A DNA stretch of 64,000 bases from Gemmatimonadota bacterium (GCA_003223395.1 QHUZ01000036.1:627-64626); one strand, 5' to 3'. Counted from the stretch's first letter, positions 45,574 to 54,685 are shown. The notes: generated from the sequence alone by a model not told the origin. Numbers and translations: made by a program.

Positions 45574-46426
45574 GGCGGTGGGAAAAGATAGGATTGCACG
45601 ACGGGTTGTGCTATGGACAGCCGCACTCTTTCTGGTGTGGCTGTTCGGCGTTTGGCCGCCACCGATCTGGTGGCGAACTCACGACCCCCGTTGCACGGCG
45701 ATGATGCGGTTACGTGCCGAGGTGCAGACGTGCCGTCGTGCGCCCGGGGAGTCACACGTCGGCATGTCGGCACGAGGGCGCGAGGATTCGCGACTGCTCG
45801 AGCGGATGGTCATCATCGCCGAGGATTCGCGATTCAAAACGCATCACGGGATCGATTTCATTGAAATGCGAGACGCGTGGGCCGCGGGCGGTCACCGCGG
45901 CGCGAGCACGATCACGCAGCAGCTCGCGAAGAACCTCTATCTCTCTCCGTCGCGCTCGATCTTCCGCAAACTGAAAGAAGCCGTGACGGCGGTGCGGCTC
46001 GAGTTGGCGCTCAGCAAGGACCGCATCATGGAGCTGTATCTGGAGAATGCGGAATTAGGGGCTGGGGTTTGGGGAATGGAGACCGCGAGCAGAGCCTACT
46101 TCGGCGTGGCCGTCTCGGCGCTGAGCGCAAATCAGGCCGCGCAACTGGCGGCCACGCTCCCCCAACCCCGAACCTCCAACCCCGCGTTCCGGCCCGCACG
46201 CATGCTTGCCCGGCGAGACTTGATTCTGGCGCGATACTTCGGTGGTGCGACTCCGGTGCCGCCCGCAGAGGAAGACTCGATTCCGATTCCGGTTATTCCG
46301 CCGATCGAGCCGCCAATTCTACCGCCGATACTGGACTCGCTCGTCATTCCGGATACGGTCGCGATCCCAGATACAACAAAGGACCACCCAGACTCGGGTG
46401 GTCCTCGCTTAGTCTACAAGCCGTAG
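45572..46426 (+). CDS. mtgA: monofunctional peptidoglycan glycosyltransferase (GT51)
   Basis: Motifs EDSRFKTHHGID, GASTITQQLAKN and RKLKEAVTAVRLE. Confidence 0.85.
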   Translation: MAVGKDRIARRVVLWTAALFLVWLFGVWPPPIWWRTHDPRCTAMMRLRAEVQTCRRAPGESHVGMSARGREDSRLLERMVIIAEDSRFKTHHGIDFIEMRDAWAAGGHRGASTITQQLAKNLYLSPSRSIFRKLKEAVTAVRLELALSKDRIMELYLENAELGAGVWGMETASRAYFGVAVSALSANQAAQLAATLPQPRTSNPAFRPARMLARRDLILARYFGGATPVPPAEEDSIPIPVIPPIEPPILPPILDSLVIPDTVAIPDTTKDHPDSGGPRLVYKP

Positions 46427-47521
46427 CGGCATCACGAGCGCCATGTAGGAGGCCGGATCGTTCCAGCCGACGGGGTCGATCGTCGCGGCGCGCTCGGGCG
46501 CCTTGAACGTAAAGCGCACTTCGTCGGTCGGCATGTACTTGAGGATCTCCAGCAAGTACATCGCGTTGAAGCCGATCTCGAGCGGCTCGCCCTCGTACGT
46601 CACCGCCAGCTCGTCCTGCGCCTCACCCAGGTCCGGTGTCTGGACCGAGAACTTCACGTTGCCGCCCGAGAACGCGAGGCGAATGCGATGCGTCTGGTCA
46701 CTCGCGACGACGCTCATGCGGCGCAGCGCCGCGGCCATCGCGGCCTTATCGACGGTCGCCTGCTTGTCGTTCTCGCGCGGGATCACCTGCTCGTAGTTCG
46801 GATACGGCCCTTCGATCAGCCGCGAAAAGACCAGCGTGCCGCCGGCGCGGAAGCCGATATGATTGTCACTCTTGGCGAGCTCGATCTCGGCATCGCCGGG
46901 ATAGAGTCGGCGGACCTGCTCGAGCGCTTTGGGTGGAACGATCAGATCGGCGGTGGAGCCGCCAGTCGCGGGCACGTCCATCTTGGCGAGCCGGTGACCG
47001 TTCGTCGCCACCATGCGCATCCGGTCAGGACGCAGCTCCCAGAGGACGCCGTTGAGAATCGGCCGGCTCTCTTCGGTCGATGCCGCGAACGCGACGTGGC
47101 CGACCAGCTTGTGCACCACGCCGGCCGCCGCCTTCCACGCCTTCTCGAACTTCACCGCCGGGAACGAGGGGAATTCTTCGCGTGGCAGGCCGAGCAGTTT
47201 GAACTTCGAGCGTCCTGACTCGATCGAGACGCGTGCCTCGCCGGCGGCGGTTACACGCACCGGACCCGACGGCAGCTCGCGGGCGATGTCCACCAGCTTC
47301 TTCGCGGGTAGCGTCACCGCGCCATCCGCATCCACCTCGGCAGGGACCGTGGTGCTCACCGCGATGTCGAGATCCGTGCCGGAAAGGCGCAACCCGCCGC
47401 CCTGCTTCGAGGCCTCGACCAGGACGTTGGCCAGCACGGGTAGCGTGGTCTTGGCGGGAATGGCTGCCGCCACGGCGGCGAGGCCTTCCTGCAGCTGTTC
47501 TCGCGTGATCGTGAACTTCAT
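46409..47521 (-). CDS. dnaN: DNA polymerase III beta subunit (sliding clamp)
   Basis: 370 aa. MKFTITREQL..., three-domain clamp pattern, C-terminal MPLRL. Confidence 0.97.
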   Translation of the reverse strand: MKFTITREQLQEGLAAVAAAIPAKTTLPVLANVLVEASKQGGGLRLSGTDLDIAVSTTVPAEVDADGAVTLPAKKLVDIARELPSGPVRVTAAGEARVSIESGRSKFKLLGLPREEFPSFPAVKFEKAWKAAAGVVHKLVGHVAFAASTEESRPILNGVLWELRPDRMRMVATNGHRLAKMDVPATGGSTADLIVPPKALEQVRRLYPGDAEIELAKSDNHIGFRAGGTLVFSRLIEGPYPNYEQVIPRENDKQATVDKAAMAAALRRMSVVASDQTHRIRLAFSGGNVKFSVQTPDLGEAQDELAVTYEGEPLEIGFNAMYLLEILKYMPTDEVRFTFKAPERAATIDPVGWNDPASYMALVMPLRLVD

Positions 47522-47761
47522 GCCGGGCGCGTCTTCTCCAAATGGGGAAAGTCTTTACTACTGCTTCTCTATATAGAAATACTAGTAGTAGTAGTAGACA
47601 CCGGGGATATGTGGGCGATGCCGCTAAAGCGCAACCAGTGCATCACCTGCAATCCGTCTCGCAATGTTGGCGCGCTGTTGGGACTGTTGGCGCTTTGCGG
47701 AAATCTGCGTCGTTGTCCCCACAACCCACATCCCACGATGTTTCCCACGCCGCCTTGTTAG
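47522..47761. other. putative replication origin (oriC) in the dnaA-dnaN spacer
   Basis: The 50-nt stretch 47551-47600 has 16 G/C of 50, in a GC-rich genome. It contains nested palindromes and (TAG)5. It is followed by TGTTGG(CGC) repeats and four CCCAC(A/G) motifs, including TTGTCCCCACA. Confidence 0.5.
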
Positions 47762-49153
47762 TTACAATGCGGACAATTCCTGCCGTGCCATCTCCACACG
47801 CTCTTTGAACGTCCGGTCACGCATCATCTGTCGCTCCACTTTGTCCACGCTGTGAATCACCGTGGAGTGGTCCCGGCCGCCGAATGCCTGCCCGATCTCA
47901 ACCAGCTGCATGCCCAGCATGTCGCGCGCCAGGTACATCGCCACCTGGCGGGGGATGGTGAGCGTCTTGGTCCGTGCCTTCGAGCGGAGCCCCTCGGGGG
48001 TCACGCCCCAGCGTCGCGCCACGACTTCCTGCACGCGGTCGATGCTGGGCGCCGACTGGCTGCCGCTCCCGTATCCGGCGCCTTCGTCACCTTGGCGGAT
48101 CTTGTCGGAGAGCGCGTCGCGCGCCAGCTCGATGGTGACCTCGCGGTTCTTCAGCGACGCGAACAGCAGCAGCTTGATGATACAGCCCTCGAGCTCGCGC
48201 ACGCTCGACCGGATGTGCTCGGCGATGAAGCGCAGCACGTCGTCCGGGATCGTGAGCTCGAGATGATCTTGCTCGGCCTTCTTCCGGAGAATGGCGATCC
48301 GGTGCTCGAGATCGGGATGTCCGATGTCCGCGACCATGCCCCACTCGAACCGCGAGATCAGCCGGTCCTCGAGCCCGGGAATTTCCTTGGGCGGCCGGTC
48401 CGAGGTCAGCACGATCTGTTTGTGGGCCTCGAACAGCGCGTTGAAGGTGTGGAAGAACTCCTCCTGCGTCATTTCCTTGCCTTCCAGGAAATGCACGTCG
48501 TCCACGAGGAGCAGATCCACGTCGTTGCGGTAGCGGCGCCGGAACTCGGACATGGTACGCGCGTGAATCGATTCGATCACGTCGTTGATGAACTGTTCGG
48601 CCCCGAAGTACTGCAGCCGGGTCTCGGGGTTTTTCTCGAGCACCGCGTGCGCGATGGCCTGCATCAGGTGCGTCTTGCCGAGTCCCGTCGCGCCGTAAAT
48701 GAAGAGCGGGTTGTACGTCTTGCCCGGCGCCTCGGCGACGGCATGTGCCGCGGCCGCCGCGAGCTCGTTGGACTTGCCGATCACGAACGTCTGGAAACTG
48801 TAGCGTTCGTTGAGCGGTGTGGTCCCGATGTTGGTGGCTGTTGCGACGCCCGCGCTTTCACGCGGCGCGACGAAGAAATCCATTTGGGGGCGCCGCTGCC
48901 GGTCTTCCTGGACGCGGAAGACGACGGTCGTCGGCCTTCCCAACACGCGCTCGGCCACGCGCGCCAATAGCACCGCGTGTTTGGACTCGTTCCACTCCGC
49001 GGCGAACTGATCGGGTGCGCCGAGGATCAGGCGGCCCTCGTCGAGTGCGATGGGCTCCGATGGCTCGAGCCACGTGCGCACCGTCGCCTCGGGAAGTTCA
49101 CGTCGAGCTTCGTCGAGGAGACGCTTCCAAGCTTCGTTGACCGATTGCTCCAT
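47762..49153 (-). CDS. dnaA: chromosomal replication initiator protein DnaA
   Basis: Walker [11 protein letters not shown], box VII and C-terminal DNA-binding domain ([13 protein letters not shown]). Confidence 0.97.
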   Translation of the reverse strand: MEQSVNEAWKRLLDEARRELPEATVRTWLEPSEPIALDEGRLILGAPDQFAAEWNESKHAVLLARVAERVLGRPTTVVFRVQEDRQRRPQMDFFVAPRESAGVATATNIGTTPLNERYSFQTFVIGKSNELAAAAAHAVAEAPGKTYNPLFIYGATGLGKTHLMQAIAHAVLEKNPETRLQYFGAEQFINDVIESIHARTMSEFRRRYRNDVDLLLVDDVHFLEGKEMTQEEFFHTFNALFEAHKQIVLTSDRPPKEIPGLEDRLISRFEWGMVADIGHPDLEHRIAILRKKAEQDHLELTIPDDVLRFIAEHIRSSVRELEGCIIKLLLFASLKNREVTIELARDALSDKIRQGDEGAGYGSGSQSAPSIDRVQEVVARRWGVTPEGLRSKARTKTLTIPRQVAMYLARDMLGMQLVEIGQAFGGRDHSTVIHSVDKVERQMMRDRTFKERVEMARQELSAL

Positions 49154-49213
49154 TACGATTTTCTGATTTTAGGAAGGACGTCCAGCAAGGGCGGCCCGAA
49201 AGTACGGGCCCGA

Positions 49214-49222
49214 TGTGGAAAA
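49214..49222. promoter_or_regulatory. DnaA box in the dnaA/rpmH divergent promoter region
   Basis: TGTGGAAAA matches the TGTGGATAA consensus at 8/9. It lies 61 nt upstream of the dnaA start, next to the GTCAAccTTGAC palindrome. Confidence 0.5.
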
Positions 49223-49282
49223 GTCAACCTTGACCGTCGCATCGCACGTCGGGTAACTTTCCCGGCCTTACACGAGGAATTT

Positions 49283-49444
49283 ATGGGTCCGACATATCGG
49301 CCGCGGAATCGGCGGCGTATCAATAAGCATGGTTTCCGCGCGCGGATGAAAACCGTTTGGGGCCGCGCGACGTTATCCCGCCGGCGCAAGAAGGGTCGCA
49401 AGCGTCTCACCGTCCGTATTCCATCCAAACACCGGAGCCGGTAA
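49283..49444 (+). CDS. rpmH: 50S ribosomal protein L34
   Basis: [44 protein letters not shown]. It is the in-frame 3' part of track ORF 48977..49444. Confidence 0.95.
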   Translation: MGPTYRPRNRRRINKHGFRARMKTVWGRATLSRRRKKGRKRLTVRIPSKHRSR

Positions 49445-49468
49445 ACGCGCGAACGGTACCCGCGCCGC

Positions 49469-49789
49469 GTGCGCATCACGCGCGGCGCGGAGCTCACCGC
49501 CTGCTGGGAAGCGGGTGGGAGTCGCCGCCGTCGCACACCGCATCTCGATCTGGCCTGGCGTCACAGCACTTTGGGTCACGCGCGTCTTGGACTCATCGTC
49601 CCGCGACATCAGTCGACGGCTGTAGCGCGCAATCGGCTGCGTCGCCGGTTGCGTGAGATCCTGCGCCGCGACGTGCTGCGACACCTTCCCGCCGTCGATC
49701 TCGTGATTCGCGCGAAGCGCTCCGCCTACACCGCCTCGTTTGCAGTGCTGCGCGCCGAATTGACGGGAGCGGTGGAGACGCTGACGTGA
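49469..49789 (+). CDS. rnpA: ribonuclease P protein component
   Basis: Synteny after rpmH. Basic protein with the [10 protein letters not shown] motif. Confidence 0.9.
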   Translation: MRITRGAELTACWEAGGSRRRRTPHLDLAWRHSTLGHARLGLIVPRHQSTAVARNRLRRRLREILRRDVLRHLPAVDLVIRAKRSAYTASFAVLRAELTGAVETLT

Positions 49790-50013
49790 CGCTGCAACGA
49801 CTGCCGCGTCTGGCCGTAATGACTCTCATTCGCGGCTACCAGCTCACGCTGTCGCATCTGATGCTCACGCAATGCCGGTTCGAGCCGTCGTGCTCGCGCT
49901 ACACGTACGAAGCAGTCGAGCGCTATGGAGCGCTGAAAGGCAGCTGGCTTGGAATCCGACGCATCCTCAAGTGTCATCCGTTCCACGCGGGCGGATATGA
50001 TCCCGTTCCGTGA
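49786..50013 (+). CDS. yidD: membrane protein insertion efficiency factor YidD
   Basis: Sequence [19 protein letters not shown]...[13 protein letters not shown]. Confidence 0.9.
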   Translation: MTLQRLPRLAVMTLIRGYQLTLSHLMLTQCRFEPSCSRYTYEAVERYGALKGSWLGIRRILKCHPFHAGGYDPVP

Positions 50014-50040
50014 CATGGCAGCGAGACACCGGGCGTAGCC

Positions 50041-51723
50041 GTGGATAAACGCAATCTGCTGATCGCGTTCGTGCTCATGATGATCGTGGCCGTCGCGCCA
50101 TCGCTCATCTGGCCGCCCAAGAAGCCGGTCGGACGGCCGGACGGCCGGACGGCCGACTCCGCGCAGGTTACGCCCAGGGTCGCGGACTCGAACGTCACCG
50201 CCGCTGCGCCGTCCGGCCGTCCGGCCGTCCGACCGTCCGTCGACACAGGTCGCGTCGTTTGGGTGACATCCCCTCTGTATCGCCTGGGCTTCAGCTCAAA
50301 GGGCGCCCGTCTCGTCTCCGCAGAGCTGGTGCAATACCAATCGTTTGCTCCGGGCGATTCCGGCAAGTCGGCGCAGCTCGTGACTCCGGGCGACGCGTTT
50401 CTGCGCCACCGCCTGGTCCTTCCGAGCGGCGACACCGTCTCGCTCGACGATTGGGATTTCCAGCCTAGCCCTGACGCGCCGGGGATCCTGGTAAATGCCG
50501 GGCAGGGCCCAAAGCCGTTGCGCTTCGAAGCCGAGAAGGCCGGCTCGCATGTGACGCTCGAGTACCGCTTCCTGCCCGAGGAGTATCGCTTCGAGGTGAA
50601 CGGCTCGGTGACGGGACTGGGCAGCGGCGGCGCCATCCTGCTGCTCGACCTGGCCGATGGACTTCGTTCCGCCGAGAAGGATTCGGTGGATGACTATCGC
50701 CACTACTCCGTGGTGACGAAGGCGTCCAAGACCGAGCGCACCGACTTCTCCAGCATCAAGCCGGGTGAGCGTGCCGTGCTCAACGGCCCGTTCGAGTGGG
50801 TCGGGGTGAAATCGAAGTACTTCTTCGTTGCCGCGCTCGCGTTGGAGGAAGGGCAGCCCACGTTTGCGGGCGCGATCGCGATCGGCGGTCCGCGCAGCGG
50901 CAAGCAGGCAACGCGCGCCACCGTGCTGGTCACGATGCCGGTGCAGCCTGCCGGCACGTTCCGGTACCAGGTGTTCACCGGTCCGCTCGATTCGCGTCAC
51001 CTGGCGCGGCTCGGCCACGGTCTCGACGATGCCAATCCGTACGGCGGCATCTTCCGGCCGATCATTCAGCCCGTGTCGCAGATCGTGCTCACGGTGCTGT
51101 TGTGGATGCACGAGCGCCTGAATCTGGCCTACGGCTGGGTGCTGATTCTCTTCGGCATCGTCGTCCGCATCCTGCTCTGGCCGCTCAACCAGAAGGCGAT
51201 GGAGTCGGGCATCCGCATGCAGGCGGTCGCCCCGCTCATCAAGGAGACGCAGGACAAGTACAAGAACGAGCCTGAGCGGCTGCAGCGCGAGATGCTGCGC
51301 ATCTACAAGGAGCACAAGGTCAATCCGCTCGGCGGCTGCCTGCCCATGCTGCTCCCGATGCCCGTGTTGCTCGCGCTGTTCTTCGTGTTCGCGAACACGA
51401 TCGCGTTCCGCGGTGTGCCATTCCTGTGGCTGTCGGATTTGTCGCGCCCCGATCCGTTCAAGATCATTCCCATCCTGATGGGTCTGTCGATGTTCGTGCT
51501 GTCCAAGGTCGGCCAGATCGGTGTGCCGCCGAACCCGCAGACCAAGATGATGGTCTACTTCATGCCGATCGTCATGACGCTCTTGTTCCTGAACTTTGCG
51601 TCGGGCTTGAACCTCTACTACGCGGCACAGAATCTCTTCAGCATTCCGCAGCAATACATGATCGCGAAGCGCCGCCTGCGCGAAGCGCCTGTGTCGACTC
51701 CCAAGCCTCCGCCAAAGACCTAG
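50041..51723 (+). CDS. yidC: membrane protein insertase YidC
   Basis: 560 aa with N-terminal TM helix, periplasmic domain and C-terminal 5-TM 60-kDa IMP core (KVNPLGGCLPMLLPMP). Confidence 0.95.
   Translation: MDKRNLLIAFVLMMIVAVAPSLIWPPKKPVGRPDGRTADSAQVTPRVADSNVTAAAPSGRPAVRPSVDTGRVVWVTSPLYRLGFSSKGARLVSAELVQYQSFAPGDSGKSAQLVTPGDAFLRHRLVLPSGDTVSLDDWDFQPSPDAPGILVNAGQGPKPLRFEAEKAGSHVTLEYRFLPEEYRFEVNGSVTGLGSGGAILLLDLADGLRSAEKDSVDDYRHYSVVTKASKTERTDFSSIKPGERAVLNGPFEWVGVKSKYFFVAALALEEGQPTFAGAIAIGGPRSGKQATRATVLVTMPVQPAGTFRYQVFTGPLDSRHLARLGHGLDDANPYGGIFRPIIQPVSQIVLTVLLWMHERLNLAYGWVLILFGIVVRILLWPLNQKAMESGIRMQAVAPLIKETQDKYKNEPERLQREMLRIYKEHKVNPLGGCLPMLLPMPVLLALFFVFANTIAFRGVPFLWLSDLSRPDPFKIIPILMGLSMFVLSKVGQIGVPPNPQTKMMVYFMPIVMTLLFLNFASGLNLYYAAQNLFSIPQQYMIAKRRLREAPVSTPKPPPKT
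50126..50235. repeat. perfect 28-bp inverted repeat built from 8-mer tandem units, inside yidC
   Basis: 50126-50153 (cggtcggacggccggacggccggacggc) is the exact reverse complement of 50208-50235 (gccgtccggccgtccggccgtccgaccg). The spacer is 54 nt. Confidence 0.9.
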
Positions 51724-51724
51724 A

Positions 51725-53035
51725 CTGCTCTCCGACCCCATCGTCGCGCTGGCGACGCCGCCGGGTCGCGGAGCGCTTGCCCTGATTCGCCTGTCGGGCG
51801 CCGGATCGTTCGCCATTGCCGCCCGCTGCCTCGAACCGTTTCATCCGACACCGCCGCGCACCGTGTTCCGCGCGCGACTGTCACATCCCGACTCCCGCGA
51901 GCCGGTAGACGACTGTCTGGCCGCCTGTTTCCCGGCTCCGCATTCCTACACGGGCGACGACCTCGTCGAGATCTCGACGCACGGCGGCCTGGTGGTACCG
52001 GCCGCGGCACTCGCCGCATTCGCCGCCGCCGGGGCGCGCCCAGCGCAGCCGGGCGAGTTCACCCGTCGCGCCGTGCTCAACGGCAAGATGGACTTGCTCC
52101 AGGCCGAGGCCACCGCGGATCTCATCGATGCGGGATCGCCGGCGCAGCGGCGCCGGGCGCTGCACCAGCTCGAGCGTGGCCTGTCCGACCGCCTTGTCGC
52201 ACTCCGCAGCGAAATCCTCGAGCTCGAGGCGCTGATCGCGTACGACATAGACTTTCCGGAGGAGGATGAGGGCCCCGTGTCACCGCAACGCGTGCGTGGT
52301 GCGTGGGAGGTGGTGCGTGGGCGTGTCGCCGATCTGCTTCGCACCGCCCCCGAAGGCGAGCGGCTGCGCGAAGGCGCGTTGCTGGTAATTGCGGGGCGAC
52401 CGAACGCGGGCAAGTCGTCGCTCTTCAACGCACTGCTCGGCACGGAGCGCGCGATCGTCACCGAAATTCCGGGCACGACGCGCGACGCGATCGAAGCCTA
52501 CACCGTGATCGAGGGCTTCCCGTTTCGGATTGTCGATACAGCAGGCTTGCGCGACTCGGGCGAGCGCATCGAGCAGCTCGGCATCGAGGTCAGCAAGAAG
52601 TACCTCGCCGCGGCCGATCTGGTGCTTTTTTGCGAAGAGCGCGACGACCCGTCGCGGGCCGCGTTCCTTGCGCAGGTTAGCGCTCCCGTCGTGGTCGTTC
52701 GCACGAAAGCCGACGTGACGGGCGACGGCGTGTCCGCGGTTACGGGGCGAGGCTTGCCCGAGCTGCGCCGCCGGCTTGCAGAAGTCGCGTTCGGCAAACT
52801 GCTCGCGCTGGGTGACGTCGAGCCCGTCGTCACGCGCGCGCGGCATCGGAGCGCGTTGGAGCGGGCCCTCGTCGAGCTGGATGCGTTTTGGACGGCGCGC
52901 ACGGGCGGCGTGGATGCAGCCGCGACGGCGACCCATCTCCGCGCGGCGGTGCTGGCGCTCGACGAGCTGATTGGCGCGGTTACGCCAGAGGATGTACTCG
53001 ACCGCGTGTTCGCGGCATTTTGCGTGGGGAAGTGA
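51725..53035 (+). CDS. mnmE: tRNA modification GTPase MnmE (start codon non-canonical or uncertain)
   Basis: The conserved N-terminus LSDPIVALATPPGRGALALIRLSG is encoded in frame upstream of the first ATG/GTG/TTG (51863). G-domain GRPNAGKSSLFNAL and C-terminal FCVGK are present. Confidence 0.85.
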   Translation: MLSDPIVALATPPGRGALALIRLSGAGSFAIAARCLEPFHPTPPRTVFRARLSHPDSREPVDDCLAACFPAPHSYTGDDLVEISTHGGLVVPAAALAAFAAAGARPAQPGEFTRRAVLNGKMDLLQAEATADLIDAGSPAQRRRALHQLERGLSDRLVALRSEILELEALIAYDIDFPEEDEGPVSPQRVRGAWEVVRGRVADLLRTAPEGERLREGALLVIAGRPNAGKSSLFNALLGTERAIVTEIPGTTRDAIEAYTVIEGFPFRIVDTAGLRDSGERIEQLGIEVSKKYLAAADLVLFCEERDDPSRAAFLAQVSAPVVVVRTKADVTGDGVSAVTGRGLPELRRRLAEVAFGKLLALGDVEPVVTRARHRSALERALVELDAFWTARTGGVDAAATATHLRAAVLALDELIGAVTPEDVLDRVFAAFCVGK

Positions 53036-54341
53036 GCGCTTCGATCATCGTGCGCGCCTTCGCGAGCGTTTCCTCGTACTCCGCGGCCGGCTCGGAATCC
53101 CATACGATCCCGGCGCCCGCGTGAAAGGTCGCGCTCCCATCCCGTAGCACGATCGTCCGGATCGGAATATTGAAGTCCATCGCGCCGGTGGCAGAGACGT
53201 AGCCGATCGCCCCGCAGTAGAGGCCACGCGGCGCCCGCTCCAGTTCCGCGATGATCTGCATGGCACGAATCTTCGGCGCACCCGTCACCGATCCGCCGGG
53301 GAACGCCGCGCGCAACAAGTCGAACGCGTCGGCTCCATCCCTCAGCTCACCCGTTACCGTCGAGACCAGATGGTGGACCGTGGGGTGCGCCTCGAGCGCG
53401 AACAGCTTCGGGACGCGCACTGATCCTGGGCGGCAGACTTTTCCGAGATCGTTGCGCAGCAGATCCACGATCATGACGTTCTCGGCGCGGTCCTTTTCGC
53501 TCTCCAGGAGCTCGCGCGCCAACCCGGCGTCCGTGACCGCGGTCGTCCCGCGCGGACGCGTTCCCTTGATGGGCCGCGCTTCCGCCGCGCGCGTCATGGC
53601 GTCGAGTCGCAGGAACCGCTCCGGCGAGATGCTCGCGACCTGGGCGCCACCGTACTCGAGATAGGCGCCGAAGGGGGCGGGGTTGCGGGCGCGCAAGCGG
53701 CGATACAGCGCGAGCGCGGAGCCCACGAACGGCGCGTGAAAGCGCTGCGAGAGGTTGACCTGATAGACGTCGCCCGCGGCGATGTACTCACGAATGCGCG
53801 CGACGCCGGCCTCGAACTCAGCGCGCGACACGTTGGAACGCGGCTGCTCGGGCGTCGGGGCGGGATGATCCGGAATGGCGGGCGGCTGGGCCAGGAGCCG
53901 GTCGCGGACCCAGGCCGTGCGTGCGGCTGACCGCTCCCCGTTGCCGGTCGTGATGAGCCAGGCCTTCGCCTCCAGATGATCCCACGCGATCACCCAGTCG
54001 TAGAGGGCGAGCGCGACGTCCGGCAGGTCTGGCGTCAGCCGGTCCGCGGGTGGCCGGACGACCTGCTCCTGCTCGGCACCCCAGTCGTAGCCGATGTAGC
54101 CGGCAATGCCGCCCTGGAACGGTGGTAGGCCGGCGACTGGCGGATGCCGGTGGGTGCGCAACATGTCGCGCGCCGCTTCCGGTGTGCGCGCGACGGCGAC
54201 CGGGTCGGCGGCGAGGAACGAGTACCGGCTCAGCGCGCCTTGCGCCGAGCTATCGAGAAACAGGAGGTAAGGGAGTCCGCTGAAACGAACGCAGGTGCCG
54301 AAAGGGTCGGGAGCGGGAACGAGTGGTAGAACGTGCGTCAC
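52980..54341 (-). CDS. pabB: aminodeoxychorismate synthase component I (chorismate-utilising enzyme family)
   Basis: GTG 54341 gives a GTGA overlap with the upstream gene. Motifs GSVTGAPKIRAMQII, GLYCGAIGY and GAGIVWDS. Confidence 0.75.
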   Translation of the reverse strand: MTHVLPLVPAPDPFGTCVRFSGLPYLLFLDSSAQGALSRYSFLAADPVAVARTPEAARDMLRTHRHPPVAGLPPFQGGIAGYIGYDWGAEQEQVVRPPADRLTPDLPDVALALYDWVIAWDHLEAKAWLITTGNGERSAARTAWVRDRLLAQPPAIPDHPAPTPEQPRSNVSRAEFEAGVARIREYIAAGDVYQVNLSQRFHAPFVGSALALYRRLRARNPAPFGAYLEYGGAQVASISPERFLRLDAMTRAAEARPIKGTRPRGTTAVTDAGLARELLESEKDRAENVMIVDLLRNDLGKVCRPGSVRVPKLFALEAHPTVHHLVSTVTGELRDGADAFDLLRAAFPGGSVTGAPKIRAMQIIAELERAPRGLYCGAIGYVSATGAMDFNIPIRTIVLRDGSATFHAGAGIVWDSEPAAEYEETLAKARTMIEALTSPRKMPRTRGRVHPLA

Positions 54342-54685
54342 GATCCCACGAACTTCTTCGTCGTCCCGCGCAGCGCACTGCCGGCCGGCGGCCGCCAGAG
54401 CGCGGTCTGCTCGATCACCTTTGCGAGCTCCATGTCGCTCGCCGTGACGCCGCCGGCGCTGTGCGTCCAGAGCTTCACCTGCACCTTCCCCCAGCTCACG
54501 GCGAGATCGGGATGATGGTCGGCAGCTTCGGCGAAGAACCCGATCGCGTTGACGAGCATCAGGGTCGTGGGCCAGCCATCGGTCTGGTACTCGCGCACGA
54601 TGGCGCCATCGTCGAGCCGCCACCCGGGCAGGCTCTTCAAACGATCGCCGATTTCGGCGGGCGAAAGCTTAGTCGAGGGTTTCAC
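54338..54685 (-). CDS. 4a-hydroxytetrahydrobiopterin dehydratase (PCD)
   Basis: Sequence LPGWRL...FFAEAADHHPDLAVSWGKVQVKLWTHSAGG. Confidence 0.85.
   Translation of the reverse strand: MKPSTKLSPAEIGDRLKSLPGWRLDDGAIVREYQTDGWPTTLMLVNAIGFFAEAADHHPDLAVSWGKVQVKLWTHSAGGVTASDMELAKVIEQTALWRPPAGSALRGTTKKFVGS

Noticed and set aside
47841-47859. DnaA-box-like TTGTCCACG and TGTGAATCA inside the 3' end of dnaA
   Set aside because: They encode the conserved DnaA domain IV peptide (HSVDKV), so sequence conservation is explained by coding. They are not counted as origin evidence, although binding is not excluded.
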